From the human T2T-CHM13v2.0 reference genome, Homo sapiens, in assembly GCF_009914755.1 (NCBI RefSeq), contig NC_060932.1: a stretch of 64,000 nucleotides of DNA, one strand, 5' to 3'. The position numbers and the translations under genes were made by a program. Each line of letters begins with the position of its first letter. Position 1 is the stretch's first letter. Below the pieces are notes generated by a model that saw only the letters and a list, made by a program, of their open reading frames with translations, was not told the origin of the DNA and ran no database searches. Of this stretch, positions 45,059-61,050 are shown piece by piece.

Positions 45059-45320
45059 GAGTTTATCTAACATTTCAACACACACTATTTCATTTGTTAT
45101 TCATTGAAGCTTACATATTAGTCATCATTCCTTAAATTAAAAATAAAAAATAAAACAAAGAGTAACTGCTACCACACAACTCCTTTGAAGTTGATCAAAG
45201 CACACAGTGCAAATATTTTAATGTAAGAGTTGTAATGAATAAAAGAGAAAAGCATGACTAGGCATACTGAAGAAGAACTGTGGAGTTAGAAAATGAGGGT
45301 CGTTAAAAAAAAAAACACTC

Positions 45321-45809
45321 ATTTTTTTCTTTTTTCTCCAAGACGTATTGAAGTATAGTTGGCAAACAAAAATTATGTGGATTTATAGGGTATAATGTGA
45401 TGTTTTGATTACATGTATACATTGTGAAAGAATTAAATCAAGCTAATTAGCATATCTATCACCTCACATACTCTTTTGTGGTAAAAACATTTAAGATTTA
45501 CTCACTCGGCAATTTTCAAGTACACATAGTCACAATACTGTATAATAGACCTACAAAAATGATTCAACCTGCCTAACTAAAACTTTATACCCTTCAACCA
45601 ACATCTTTACATTTACTCCCCACTCCATAGCCCCTGGCAACTACTATTCACTCTGTGCATCTACGAGTTCAATGTTTGCAGATTTCATACATGAGTTAGA
45701 TCATGCAGTATTTGTCTTTCTGTGTCTAACTTATTGAACTTAGCATAATGTCTCCCAGGTTCATCCATATTGTCAGAAATGAAAATATTTCCTTTTTTAA
45801 AGGCTAAAT
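45321..45809 (-). mobile_element. L1MA-family 3' end
   Basis: aaatcaagctaattagcatatctatcacctcacata...aacatttaagatttactc...agcccctggcaac...gatcatgcagtatttgtctttctgtg. Confidence 0.85.
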
Positions 45810-46369
45810 ATATGGAATACTATTTATCTTCTTAAAGTTTATCTTATTTGTTTATGCCTGTTCATTTTTTGTCTTTGTGCCTGAAACATAAATTCTCAAG
45901 AGCAGAGATTTTTATGTATCACAATGAATCTAAGAACCTTGGCCCCTAAAACAATGTTCAGAGACTATAGACAATCAACTGCTTATGGAGGAAGTGAATA
46001 ATATATATTTAGATGTGTGTGTGTGTATGTATATTTCTAACTATGATATTAGAAAACTTTATTTTTTAATTTTGTAGGTAGCCAATATATGTAGGATTCA
46101 AAGTAAAAAATGTATTAAAAATTATATAGTGTTCAGCAAATATCAAGTATAAAATAATTCACATAAATATGAAATGATACCCTAAGCAAACCTGCACTAG
46201 TGCACTGGTAAAGGCTAGTAAGTGATTATGTATGTTTATTCTACCATGCTTGTAGTACTAACTAACAAATGCTATTAGAAGTTTAACATCTACAAAAAGG
46301 CAAGGTATATTCCATTCTTGACACTGTTTCATAATTTAAAATACATTATAAAACATATTTTTGTTAATG

Positions 46370-46810
46370 CATTAAAATAATTATTAGTTTTTGTTTTTGG
46401 ACACACATTGTACAAAGATGTAACTGAAAGGGATTGGTACAGAGCTGTAGATGAGCAATTTTGTATGTTATTAAACTTACATTACTATAAATTTCAAATA
46501 AAGCCAACTATACCCTCATGAAAACCAGTAATGTAAGAAATAAGAGTCAAAAAAAGCAATAAGAAGCTATATAGGAAACAAATAGCAAAATGACAGAAGT
46601 CACTAGTAATTACTTTAAATATGATTAGATTAAACGCTCCAATCAAAAGAGAGAGGTTGATAGAATGGATTTTTAAAAAGCATGAGCCAACCATATGCTG
46701 TCTACCAGAGAATGACTTTAGATCCAAAGAAGAATAGGTTGAAGGTGAAATTATGGAAAAATGTATTCTATGCCAATAGTAACAGACAAGGCAGGGGTAG
46801 CAAATAGTAG
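46370..46810 (+). mobile_element. Old L1M fragment: inter-ORF region and ORF2 endonuclease N-terminus
   Basis: Translates to ITLNMIRLNAPIKRERLIEWIFKKHEPTICCLPE, similar to L1 endonuclease ILTLNVNGLNAPIKRHRLANWIK..DPSVCCIQE. Confidence 0.8.
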
Positions 46811-48079
46811 CCTAAAGAGGGGAGGAAAAAGATATTCTATTCAAATAATAACCAACAGTCTGTAATGTGTGTTACAGACTTAAGGCATGTCAAAGAGATG
46901 CTAGTCTTTATTCATAGCTTTTTAAAAAAATATTAGTTGCTCTATGGTAAGTAAGTTTTTGGAATTGCCATGTTCTATGTGTGGTGGATGAAGTTTCATC
47001 CTCTTTAGCATTATTTTCCTTGTAGTGTAGCTTCGATCCTTACTCATAGTAAATCCCAAATAAACATCTATTTTTTTGTGTGAGGGAATGTTCTGTCTTT
47101 CCACACATGTGCCAGGGAAAACTAAAAATCTTAAGAATGATTCTGAAAGTTAAAGGTATGGAAGTGTTGTGTTTTTCAATTCTTGCATGAAATCATTGAC
47201 TAGCACTGGGCTTCTTCTCTTCTAGATTATAATAACATGCTCTGTCAGCTAAAGACAGATTTGTTAAGTCAGAAATGCATGAATGAATAAAGTATGACTA
47301 TAAAGATAGAATATTTTATCATGCAAGTGTAAGTGGAAGCCTCTGACTTCCAGTGTTGCACTATTCCCTGAGGCCCAATAAATGTAGAGAGATGGAAAAA
47401 AAGAAAAGGACCAGGGGGAATGATTTATAATAACATATTAGAACGATTTTATATAGATGCTTTGGCCAGACTTGAAGTAATGTGGGAAGTGAGTAGAAAT
47501 GGATCATATATTTTATTCCATCCAATGCCAACTCAAATGTTCACATTAAAATTGCTTGGGAAAATGCAAAATTGGGGACTCCAAAGCTACAATAAGAATG
47601 ATCATAGAACTGCCATATTTAAAATATGATTTTAAGTGACATTTTGCCATTAATTTTAGATGTGCTTTATCTTGTTAGCTACATTTTAAACTGTGGCACA
47701 AGTATGTATTTTCTCTTATAGTCTGGGGTTTAAAACTTTCTTTGTCTTTGATATAGTCAAGTCTTGCTAATCTACACTACTTATAATTAAATTATTTTAT
47801 ATCTTGCCTTACAAAGTCTTCTAATTTCAATTTCAATTGTCATTGAAAGTTCTTTTTCTATTTATTGAAGTTGAATTGAGGTGAAAATTTTAAAAACTAT
47901 CAGCCTGCATATTGGAAATATTCTTCTAATTAATGCTTATTTTGTGCCCTCATTTTTAAAAAAATATGGGAATACTTTCTATATGTTTTTTGGTTGGGAC
48001 GTCCTCCTTTGGTTCAAAATATTCCATAGATAAAACATATTTTATGTTGGCTGATAGAGTTTAGCCAGATAAATGGTTT

Positions 48080-48310
48080 GGCACAGCTTAGCACTAAAGG
48101 GATAAAACTCTATGATTTGAGTACCTGAATTCGAATTCCAGCCACACATTTCCTAACTCTGTGGTTTGAGGCATTAATTAATTTCTCAAAGCCTTCATTT
48201 CCTCCTCTGTAATATAGAGATAATTCTACTGAATTCTAAAATATCATTTAGATACTTATAAGAATATTTAGCATGTGTAAGCACTCAATAATAAAAGTTT
48301 AGCTATTATT
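48080..48310 (+). mobile_element. MIR
   Basis: cctgaattcgaattccagc...tttcctcctctgtaatatagagataat...taagcactcaataa. Confidence 0.75.
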
Positions 48311-49296
48311 AAATGAGTTTCTGAAAGTCAAATCAAGTTGAAACAGTAGTAACAGGCTGGTAGTTTTCCAACTATACCTTACAAAGGAATAAGTCTATGG
48401 AAAATCTCTCAGTTCAAATGGACAAAGATTGTATGTAAGAGATGGAAATAAATTAAAGAAGATTGAGTCGCATCCAAGAATTGGGGCTTGTGCACTGTTC
48501 ACTGGGTTTATTCAATTGGTACTCCAATCCCAAACTTGACACTCTTGGTTTTCCCATAAAAGCACAAGCTCATCAATTGAATACAGAGTCACACAATGGC
48601 TAAGTTCTGATCTACATAGAGTCATTAATGTGATCTCCATCACCAGCTACATTCATAATGAAAATAATGAAGAGGAAAATCTACAGAGTGAAAATGTACC
48701 TTAGGACCAGAGGTGGAAATCTCAGGAGACATGTCTTTAGCACCATTACTTTACTGATGTTCTTTTTATTAGTAGTATTGGTGTATATTCATACAAATGT
48801 TATCCTCTTCCTTTTTGAGAACTTGAACATCATGCGTGCTTTTATTATAGATAAAGGAGATAGATGGAATTGAAATAAGATTTTAAAAAGTCCCTCAGAG
48901 TAGCTCATAAACCATTTTTAAGCATGCCTCATGACTGGTTTCTTAAAACAGTGTCATAATTGATATCCTATATTTTCTAAATTCTCCCATATGACTGTGG
49001 CTTAATTGTAATCCAGCCATTAATCTCAAAGTCAGGCATTACAAAGAGACTATCATACTTAGTTTTCCTCTGTTAAATATCCTTATGACCTCAGAATATT
49101 TTTTCATCTCCTCTTTGTCCCCACTTTTGAAATAGACAACTAATGGTGTTGCTGTTGGAAATTTGTACTCTTCCAATATGTTCAGTAAACTCTTATCATG
49201 GTAGTTTTTCAAACGCCGTCCTGAACAAGGGTTATTCTCTCATTATAAAATGCTTAAGAGTTAAACAAATTTATAGGATAAAGTATAAACAGCATA

Positions 49297-49422
49297 GCCA
49301 GGAGCAGTGGCATATGCCTGTTTTCCCAGCTGCTAGGGAGGATTCCTTGAGCTCAGGAGTTCAGATCCCGCTTAAGCAACATAGCAAGGCCATGTCTCTA
49401 AAACAACAAAACAAAACACAAA
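49297..49422 (+). mobile_element. FLAM/monomeric Alu
   Basis: GCCAGGAGCAGTGGCATATGCCTG...GGATTCCTTGAGCTCAGGAGTTC...GCAACATAGCAAG, A-rich tail. Confidence 0.8.
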
Positions 49423-50983
49423 CTCCTTATCATATGAAACTAAATCATTGTTTATTAGTCTCATCCCCATGTATCAGCCTCATTTCCAAATATGCTCTTC
49501 TTCTTTGGGATTTATTTTTAATTTCCCTAAGAGATGCCTGGATATTTTAATGACTTTGAGTCTCCGGTCATTCTTCTTTTGGTGTGAATGCTTTTCGTTG
49601 TGCCAGAAATTTTAACAGAGATGCCTGAAGCTAGGAACTTCTTTGGCAAGTGGGTAAAAATGGCAGGGATGTGCCAGTTTGGAGTGTCTGCCTTGAAATT
49701 AATGAGCAGGTGCAGAATAGTAACTGTCAGTTTAAGGTGCTAGTACAGTAAGCCAGTTTTTTTTTTTTTGACTGGTTTACTGGCTAATCTGAGGAAATAG
49801 TAATCACCTTTTAAGACTCTCCTCATGCCCTGTCTTGGTATCATTTTTTTCTAACATGGTACAACCATCCATAGGTTTGGTCACTAGGACATTTGAGTCC
49901 CAGCCATATTTTAATAGATGTTTCAAAGCATTTCCTTTTATGTCTTTTTTTTTTTTGTAGGAAGAGGATAGTTAACTTGTTTGATTTCTAGATGCAATCA
50001 TGAACTTGAGGGTAAGATATTCTATTTTCACCTTTTTATCACCTAGCATGCTGTTATTTAAATTGATAATTATTTACTTTATAATCTATCATTCATTTTA
50101 ATGACAGATTAATAACCCTAATATTCAACTTCTGTCAAATATACTCACTGATCAATTATCTGCTCATATAACTACTAGCATCTCTTCAATGGCATCTTAT
50201 TGTGTGAGGATTAGATGGGAAGCCCTCTGTCTTATATTTTATATCTATTAAACTAATGTCCCAAAGTACTATATGTAGTGCCTTCTTTCCCACTTCGGGA
50301 ACACTATTCTCTGAGAAAACTGGATTGTTCATTGTTCCTCCAGCATATTTTGTACATTCTCTACCCTTGCCTTTGCTTAGGCCATTGCCTTTGCTTAGGC
50401 CATCACCTTTGCAAGAAAATTCTCCATAACATCTATCGATAAAATCTTCCCTCCACTTAATCCCCACCATCTCTGAGATATTTTCCATATTAATTTAATT
50501 GTAAAGACCTGTCTTCTTGCTGTTCTAAAAGCCTTTTTCGAAGACATAAATTTAACATATCATTCAATGCCTTGTATTGTTGGTTGTTCATTTTTCTTTC
50601 TTTATGTTCCTCATGTTAACCTGTCAATATAGGGGTATGTGTTGAAAGTTAAAAATGTGCAAGTCTAAAAGAAGATGAACAAACAACATCTTTTTAAAGA
50701 ATTTGGAAATTCTGAATAGAGTATCAATGGCTGATTGTAATTTGGCTTTGCTGTTAATGTTATCTTAAGTGTTTAATAGATGTATATTGGTGGTTAGAAT
50801 TATTATAATTTACTTTTCAAATCCTCACTAGAGCACTATTTAAGTTTTCTTTGCTTGTGAAATTCTTTCATTTTTTTCTAATTGTTATCTCAGGTTCAGG
50901 AAGCTAAAAGTATTTTGTCTTTTTAAATCATAGTCTTCAAGGGAAAATGAGAAGAAAGAGAGGAAGAGGGAGAGTGTGTTTGG

Positions 50984-50984
<1 letters not shown>

Positions 50985-51030
<46 letters not shown>

Positions 51031-51038
51031 CCTGTGTG
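50985..51038. repeat. (TG)n(CG)3(TG)n microsatellite
   Basis: Alternating purine-pyrimidine tract. Confidence 0.95.
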
Positions 51039-51493
51039 TTTGATGCTTATGTATTTTTTTTGCTGAAAAAATCAGATTTAATTATTCAAAACAGGGGTAA
51101 AGTTCAAAATCAAAGGTACAATAACAAAAGAAATATTTAAATATACCCACAAATATATTTTAAATGCCATATTTAGTATGACAAAATGAAAATGAAGAAA
51201 AAAATGGATACTACTTTTAAGTAAAGAAAAATATTTTAGTGGTATGGAGCAGTGTTCAGGTTCACAACTTTGAAATATGAATGCTAGATGCTTTTGCCAT
51301 CATGTTGGACTCACATCAGAAACTATACAATATGAATGACATTCAGTATTTAGTAACTAAACAATGAATAATTTCATAAAGTGAAGACTGGAGTACACTT
51401 TATATTTTATGGGGGCAAAATTGGAATAGACAACTTTCCTCTTTAAATTTAAGAAAGTATAGAGAAAACTCTGAGGAGAATAAAAGACTATGG

Positions 51494-51677
51494 AGTAGTC
51501 GATCTCAATCTTGGCTGCACGTTAGATTCACCTTGAATAGGTTAAAAATAGAGTGGTACTTGGGCATCACCCATAAGGAATTACAGCAGAGTCTCTGAGG
51601 ATAGGGCCCAAATCTGCTACTGTTTTAAACTCCCCCAGGTGATTATAATATATTGGCATATTTGGGTCCCACCATTT
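51494..51677. mobile_element. MER5-family hAT DNA transposon
   Basis: tctcaatcttggctgcacgttagattcacct...ctccccaggtgattataat. Confidence 0.7.
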
Positions 51678-52744
51678 CAGAGAATGAAAGCTTATAAATA
51701 TGATCATAAGTCAGAATATTCTGGAAAGATTACTCAAAAGTTTCCGTTTCTTCAAAGGTACTGTTTCACTAAGGTTAGATGTCCTAAAAGCAGCACTGTC
51801 TCACAGCATTAGATGCTATCACTGCTCTCCTGTAGCGGTAGCTGAGGAGAAGTCACTGTGGCTTCCTTGTTACAACTTATATAGAAAAAAATAGATTTAG
51901 ACAATTATATATTCTGAAAGCAATGTTTAAATATCCCAAGTCACTGTAAGAACATTCCCCTCTGTGGTTCTTGACAGTAATCACATCCTCTTTTTTTTTT
52001 TTTTGCCCCACCTTATTGATCTTTACAGCTTTCAGGTACATTCTGAAAATGTTTTTTTCACCTAACTTATACACTGTAAATTTGTTTTCTCTCGTTTTAG
52101 TTAGGAAATTTTAATTAGACTCTGTAAGTTACTGTGGAATGTGATCTCTGGAAACTACTCCATAGAAAATAGCATAGCACTATTTAATCCTGCCTGTGTA
52201 TTTGATTAAAAGCTTTAGATCTTTATCTTCTTGAAAATAATAAAGTGCAACAAAATTTTGAGAGATAGCATTTGAGAAGCTTTCTTGTTCTCACCCATTT
52301 ACTTTGCTAATCAAGAGGGAAAAACAGAAAACACAATATTGTATTTTAAATTCTCATCTAATCACTACTGAATCATTTTTGTCATTGTCATCCTATCATT
52401 ATTTTAGATTCTTAGTTGTATAATGTAAGGCTAGGAAATCTTGTTTTATAACTTTAATATTTTCAGAAAGTTATCTTTTGTGGAAGAAGAAGAAGGCTGG
52501 TCAACATTTCAGGTTTCTACATAATTAAATGTTAGTTCTCCAGGTTAAAGAGGATGGGTTCGATTCGGGGAAAACGTTAATACTAATGTTAACTAAGGCC
52601 AATTATTCCTTTCCAGTCTCAGACAAAGCAAGTCTCTGAGAGTTGATTTAGTTACTCTTTGAAATACTACAAGTACCTGCCTCATCCTTCTTCAAGCTCT
52701 CTTTCTCTTTTCCCTCCTCACTCTCCTCCTCTTCCTCCACCTTC

Positions 52745-53569
52745 TTTTTCTTTATTTTATTTTATTTTATTTTGTTATTATTATACTTCAAGTTTTAGGG
52801 TACAAGTACACAATGTGCAGGTTAGTTACATATGTATACATGTGCCATGCTGGTGTGCTACACCCATTAACTCGTCGTTTAGCATTAGGTATATCTCCTA
52901 ATGCTATCCCTCCCCACTCCCCCCACCCCACAACAGTCCCCAGAGTGTGATGTTCCCCTTCCTGTGTCCATGTGTTCTCATTGTTCAATTCCCACCTATG
53001 AGTGAGAACAAGTGGTGTTTGGTTTTTTGTCCTTGCGATAGTTTGCTGAGAATGATGGTTTCCAGCTTCATCCATGTCCCTACAAAGGACATGAACTCAT
53101 CCCTTTTTATGGCTGCATAGTATTCCATGGTGTATATGTGCCACATTTTCTCAATCCAGTCTATCATTGTTGGACATTTGGGTTGGTTCCAAGTCTTTGC
53201 TATTGTGAATAGTGCCGCAATAAACATACGTGTGCATGTGTCTTTATAGTAGCATGATTTATAGTCCTTTGGGTATATACCCAGTAATAGGATGGCTGGG
53301 TCAAATGGTATTTCTAGTTCTAGATCCCTGAGGAATCGCCACACTGACTTCCACAATGGTTGAACTAGTTTACAGTCCCACCAACAGTGTAAAAGTGTTC
53401 CTATTTCTCCACATCCTCTCCAGCACCTGTTGTTTCCTGACTTTTTAATGATTGCCATTCTAACTGGTGTGAGATGGTATCTCATTGTGGTTTTGATTTG
53501 CATTTCTCTGATGGGCAGTGATGGTGAGCATTTTTTCATGTGTTTTTTGGCTGCATAAATGTCTTCTTT
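52745..53569 (-). mobile_element. Young L1PA (PA2-PA4-like) 3' end, 5'-truncated
   Basis: ORF 52985-53539 is a near-consensus ORF2p C-terminus ending SLIGGN*; canonical young L1PA 3'UTR and T-rich tail. Confidence 0.95.
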
Positions 53570-53574
53570 GTTTG

Positions 53575-55160
<1,586 letters not shown>

Positions 55161-55164
55161 AATT

Positions 55165-55884
55165 TTTTTATTTTGTAAGAAAAATTTTTAATTATTATGG
55201 ATACACAATAATTCTATGCATTTATGTACATGTGAAATTTTGATATGCATACTTTGAATCATATTTTGAATCACATACTATGTGTAATGATCAAGTTGTG
55301 TAATTAGGATGGCTATCACCTCAAGCATTAATCATTTATTTGTGTTCAGAACATTTCAGTTCCACTCTTAGTTATTTTGAAATATGCAATAAATTATTTT
55401 TAATTATCAACTATTGTGTGATCAAATAACAGATCTTATTTGTTATAATTGCATTTTTATACCCTTTAAGTATATGTTCTTTATCCATCCTCCCCATTAT
55501 GATAAAAAAGACACATAATATAAAGCAAATCCTCTTCATTTTTTTTAAGTGCATGGTTGAGTAATGATAACTATATTCTGATTGACCTATAGAAATTTTT
55601 CATCTTGCAAAAAGGAAACTCTATATCCATCAAACGAACCCCCATTTCCCACCTCCCTAGAACATAACAACCATCATTCTACTTTGTATTTTCAGTATTT
55701 AGGCTAAACTAAATATCACATATATGTGGAATCATATAATATTTGTCCTTTTGTGTTTGGCTAATTTCATTCAGAATAATGCAAGTTTCATTCATATTGT
55801 AGCACGTGGCAAGATTTCCTTCTTTTTGAAGGCTGAGTAGTAAGCTATTGTATGTACTTACTACCTTTCCTGAATCAATTTATC
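55165..55884 (-). mobile_element. Two adjacent old L1 3' ends (L1MA-like ~55165-55500; L1MB-like ~55540-55884)
   Basis: atcacctcaagcattaatcatttatttgtgtt; ttttcatcttgcaaaaaggaaactctatatccat...gtggaatcatataatatttgtccttttgtg. Confidence 0.7.
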
Positions 55885-56655
55885 TTTTTTTTTAACTTTT
55901 AAGTTCAGAGGTATATGTGCAGGCTTGTTGCATAGGTAAACTTGTGTCATGTGGATTTGTTGTATATTTTATTTCATTACCCAGGTGTTAAACCTAGTAC
56001 CCATTTGTTATATTTCCTGTTCCTCTCCCTCCACCCACCCTCCACCGTCAAGCAGGCCTTGGTGTTTATTTATCTCTTATTTGTGTCCATGTGTACTCAG
56101 TGTTTGACTCCCACTTACAAGTGAGCACATGGAGTCTTTGGTTTTCTGTTCCTGTGTTAGTTTGCTGAGAAGAATGGCTTCCAGCTCCATGCATGTCCCT
56201 GCAAAGGATATGATCTTGTTCTTCTTAATGGCTGCATAGTATTGCATGATGTGTATGTACCACATTTTCTTTATCCAGTCTGTCATTAATGGCATTTAGG
56301 TTGATTCTATGTCTTTGCTATTGTGAATAATGCTGCAATGAACATATGTGTGCATGTGTCTTTATGATAGAATGATTTATATTCCTTTGGCTATATACCC
56401 AGCAATGGGATTGCTGGATCAAATGGTATTTTTGTCTTTTGGTATTTGAGGAATTGCCACACTGTCTTCCACAACGGTTGAGCTAATTTACACTCCCACC
56501 AGCAGTATATAAATGTTGCTTTTTCTCCACAACCTCACCAGCATCTGTTATTTTCTGACTTTTTAGCCATTTTGACTGGTGTGAGATGGTATCTCATTGT
56601 GGTTTTGATTTGCATTTCTCTAACAATCATTGATATTGAGCTTTTTTTCATGTTT
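55885..56655 (-). mobile_element. Older L1PA (PA13-16-like) 3' end
   Basis: taagttcagaggtatatgtgcagg...cataggtaaacttgtgtcat; ORF 56077-56295 is an ORF2 C-terminal fragment. Confidence 0.85.
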
Positions 56656-56689
56656 GCTTGTATAATTTAAATATAGTATATATGACCAG

Positions 56690-57180
56690 TATTTATCAAA
56701 GGTAAATTAAAATATACATATGAACAAAAATTTGCTTAAAATGTTCTTAGCAATTTAATTCGTAACAGTAAAAACACTGGAAAAGTATCCAAGATTCATT
56801 AACAGTTTAATGAATAAAATTTTGGCATATGTCTACCACGAAAATCTACTCAGCAATAATAGAGAGAACTACTGTTACATGCAACATGTATCTTTCAAAA
56901 CATACATGCTGAGTGAAATCGCATACAAAATTCTGACAAAGGCAAAATTAGTCTACAGTGAAAGATAGTAGAACAATGGTCTCCTGGGACCTGGATGTCT
57001 TGTTGGTGATGAGATAAACGCTAAAAGAGAATGAAGGATCTTTTGATGGTGATGGAAATGTAATATATCTTGAATGGGATGGTGGCTTCATGACTATATA
57101 TATATTTGTCAAAAATCATTTATACTTATAAGGGTTGTTTGTTATTTTATGTAAATTATACCTCAATAAAACTTGAATTT
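56690..57180 (+). mobile_element. L1ME-type 3' end
   Basis: ctactcagcaataa...catgcaacatg...atgctgagtgaaa...ggtgatggaaatgt...tgtaaattatacctcaataaa. Confidence 0.7.
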
Positions 57181-59349
57181 TCTAAAGATATGTCTGCAGG
57201 CATTTTAAACAATTAATTGGTTGTGTAACAGATGTGTATTATGCCTCGTTCAACAATCACTAGTGAAATTTACTCATGTAATGAGCCTTGTATTTTATGA
57301 GTCTGATTCACAAGTTAGTCCTTTATGAATTTTGAGGGGGTGAATGAATGAGAGGAATGTATCCTATATGTGATAGGGTATCTGTGATGATTGTGGACCA
57401 ATATGGATATTACATTTAGTTTTTTTATAAATATAAAAATTTTAGACATGAACTTTTAGAAACATAGTTGACTAAATTCCTCTTCTGTGTACAAACATGT
57501 CAAATTGCTAACTAAAATACAGCCAATACTAAAAGTTCATAGTTGAGATTTTAAATAAAAAGAACAAGAATGCAATTTTGAGATAGAAAGGAATAGGAAA
57601 CTTAAAACAAGGTTTGCATATTCAGGATGTCACTGTGGTGGTTCACAGGGTATTACATCCAGTTACATATTCGGGATAACAGAAATGAGGGACTTTTACA
57701 GAATATTGGCCTTGCCTTTGCACACAGCAAAGACCTGGAATTGTAACAGCTTTATCCATGAAAATAGAATAAACAAAACTAGTTCATTCACCTGAAATGA
57801 AGAGTTTTCACAGAGAAAGCCTAAGAGAGCAAACCTGGAAAGAGGAGGAACAAAATTAAACAAAACACCATCAAATTCAGGGACCTCTGTTACATACAAA
57901 ACTTTTAAATGGCTTTTGGGATCTCTAATTTAAAAGACAATAATTTAAATGTTAGTTTGCTTCTCCTCTTACACGGAAAAATGTACTTTCTAAAGGAAAC
58001 ATGCATATATAATACCCACATAGATGTGCACACATGTGTATGTGCATAGCGTACACATGCATGTACACTCACATGTGCAAACACATGTTATTACTAAGTA
58101 ATAAATTACTTAGTATGAATAATTAATAAATTAAAAAATGACAAATTCCTGGGTTGGTGTTTAATTTTATTAAAGTTATTTTTTCTTGCAATTTCATCAT
58201 ATTTCAAAGGATTAATTTTTCTTTGTAAATCTTTAGGTTGTAAATGTATGAAACAAAATTGTGGCTGGATGAAGAAGGTGGCAAAGGTATATAAATCATG
58301 TGTTACAGAAATCCAGTAAGAACATTTATTTTACGTTAAATCTATGGAGAATGGAACATAAAATTATGATTATAATAATATATTGTTGAGAAAGAATTTG
58401 CTATATGTTAGGTTGTAAGGACTTTTATGTAATAATTCCATCCTTTTAAGAAATTGATGAAATAGATACTATTATTATCTCCATTTTACATGGGGAAGGT
58501 AAAGAATATGAAACATGAACTGGTAAAATTACTTAATTTAAATAGCTAGTCAGTGTGGGAGGTGGAATTTGACACATATATAAATTTTAAATTCTTTATT
58601 TTTAAAATATATTTTATTTTGTATATTTGAGGTTTTAAAGTTTTTAGATATAAGGATTTTAAAATTTATATTTTTGTAATAGAATATTAATTTATTTGAC
58701 AGGATCAGAATGTTTGCACTTATGTAATATTAATTCTGTGATATTTGTGCAAACATAGTTTATGGTAAAATATGTACCCATCTTTTATAAATGTTCTGAG
58801 TGCTCCTGAGATGTTTATTTTGTCATTGTTTATTGTGTAATTTTAAGGGAAAATTATATATACATCCATTGGAAAAAGCAATATAACATTTTGTTAGAAT
58901 ATTTTGTATCTTCACATATTTTATTTTTAAGTGATCAAGTATTATAAAAGGTATGCTAAAATCTCCCAGGAAGATTGCAGATTTGTGAATTTCTCTTTGA
59001 ATTTGGAAATGTTTGCTTGGTAGGCTTTGCAGCTTTATTATTAGGTGAATAAAAATTTAAAAATTTAATTCTTTCCAAAGAGAAAGACCTAAACATCACT
59101 ACAGAGGTAGCTTTAGTTATTCTATACTATTCTGACAATTTCTATTTTAAAAAATGTGCTTACATTTTTTAAAACCTTTGCTGTTACCCTACTGTGTTCT
59201 TATGGGCTTATTAAGATTTTTACTATTCTATTCTTTTCTTGTATTGGGTTCGAAATTATCTTCTTTCTCCTCTTTCATGGCTAACCTTAAAATGTAGTAT
59301 ATATTTTCTATATTCCTCTTTACCCCAGAACAACGCAACATGCATTAAC

Positions 59350-59430
59350 TATATCTATATTATATCTCTATCTAGATCTACATCTGTATCTATATCTGTA
59401 TCTGTATTTATCTGTATCTGTATCTATATC
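59350..59430. repeat. (TATCTR)n simple repeat
   Basis: tatatctatattatatctctatctagatctacatctgtatctatatctgtatctg. Confidence 0.75.
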
Positions 59431-60597
59431 GGCACCTGTCCACTCCAATACAAAGTAAAATTCTTGAAACACTTTACATTTGATCATCCCCTGCTATCTT
59501 CCAGGATATTTGAATACCATATTTTATGTATACCTTGTATTTACTCGCTCCAAATTAAACACCTCATTACTTTTTTATATAGTGAATATTACTATAGATT
59601 TACATTAAAACTATACCTTCTGTTAGTTCAGACTTCATTTTGGAATCTTCCTCAGAAGTTCCTTTTTGAGGATTATTAGAGATAAGTTTTCATGTGGAAA
59701 TGCTTCTTTTTCATGGTGTTCCTTTGCGTGATCATTTAGCTGTTCCTTTGCATGCTTCGTTGTTTTGTATTACCTCCTCTTATGTGTGAGTACTCTAGAT
59801 GTAGAAATCTTATAAGGTCTGTGTTAAGGGAGTAATCTTCCACAAGGCCTCTGCTTTTGCCTCTTCAACATGTTCAGGATCCTTCTTACAATTCAATATT
59901 CCTGTACTGGATCTTTGATATTATGCTGGCAATCTTTAATACAAATGCAAAAACCCTAAGGAGTTATTTTTCCCTTTTTTTGGTGGCTGGATTTGCCTAC
60001 TGTCACCTCCTCTTCACTGAATTTGTAGCCCTTCAGGAGCATCAATTTCAAAATGGATTTTTTGGTAGAAACACCCAACTAACCAGCCCTGTGACCCTGT
60101 GCCTCAAGTGAAAATCCAGCTTTACCCTCTCTTTATTACTCCAGCTTCTAGCCCCTGGGACCTTCCTTTACTTTTTGCAGGCTTATTTCTATATTCAAAC
60201 GGACTTTTGTATGTCATTCTTAATGTTTTTGAACATGAATATTACAAGGGATCAATTTTGCCAGTTAGATTGAATGTAACAATCCATTCATTTGTTCTTT
60301 CAGCAAAGATCTGTCAACATGATAGATTTGCTGCTATAATTCAACAGTAAATAGAGGACAGGGTTCACATTTCAAAGTTTGGCCCATTATGACTACATAA
60401 CTAACATTTTAGAAATTTTCTGAATTTCAAATATTTTATCTTGTTTTCAGTTTAAACATCCCTATCTGTATTTTCTTCAGAAAATATTGTGACCTTGTAT
60501 CATGCTAACCATTTTTAAAGTGCACAATTAATAATTGCTTGATTATTTCACTTCTTCTCTGTTCTGACTGCTTCGTTTCAGGAGCCAAACAGTGTCA

Positions 60598-61050
60598 CTA
60601 CTTCAACAAAAATTTATTGAGCAATTATTTTAGCTCTAATGCTAGGCGCTGTATATGCAAAGAAGAAAGAAATAGATACTCCTTAGTACAAAGATAAATT
60701 AATATTTAGAGCAATAACTAGAGGCTAATTTAAAAATGTTTATAAAGTATGAGAATACAGAGGAAGAAGTCCCTAACTGCAACTACAAAGGCAAAAAAAA
60801 ATCCCACAGAGATAAGTTAGCTGAATCTTGAACAAGTCAAAATGATACCTCTTGGTATCATAGCAGTGGAAGAGGAGAATGTCAGGAAATGAAAGATGTT
60901 AGGTAAGATCAAAATCTTAAATGCATCTGTAAGACACTGAACTTTACCTTTTAAGCAACTAGGAGAAATTATCTGGACTCAAGCAGGGAAATACAAAACC
61001 ATATTTGCATTTTCAAAAGACATGAAAGATGGATAAACAGTGATGAGATT
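60598..61050 (-). mobile_element. L2 3' region
   Basis: ttcaacaaaaatttattgagca...gctaggcgctg...agctgaatcttgaa...aagcagggaaat...atttgcattttcaaaaga. Confidence 0.7.

Noticed and set aside
50368-50403. Two-copy 18-bp tandem TTGCCTTTGCTTAGGCCA (similar 11-bp pair near 11806)
   Set aside because: Ordinary slippage duplications.
59239-59679. 146-aa ORF
   Set aside because: Runs through a (TATCTR)n simple repeat and probable old L1 sequence; non-ATG start.
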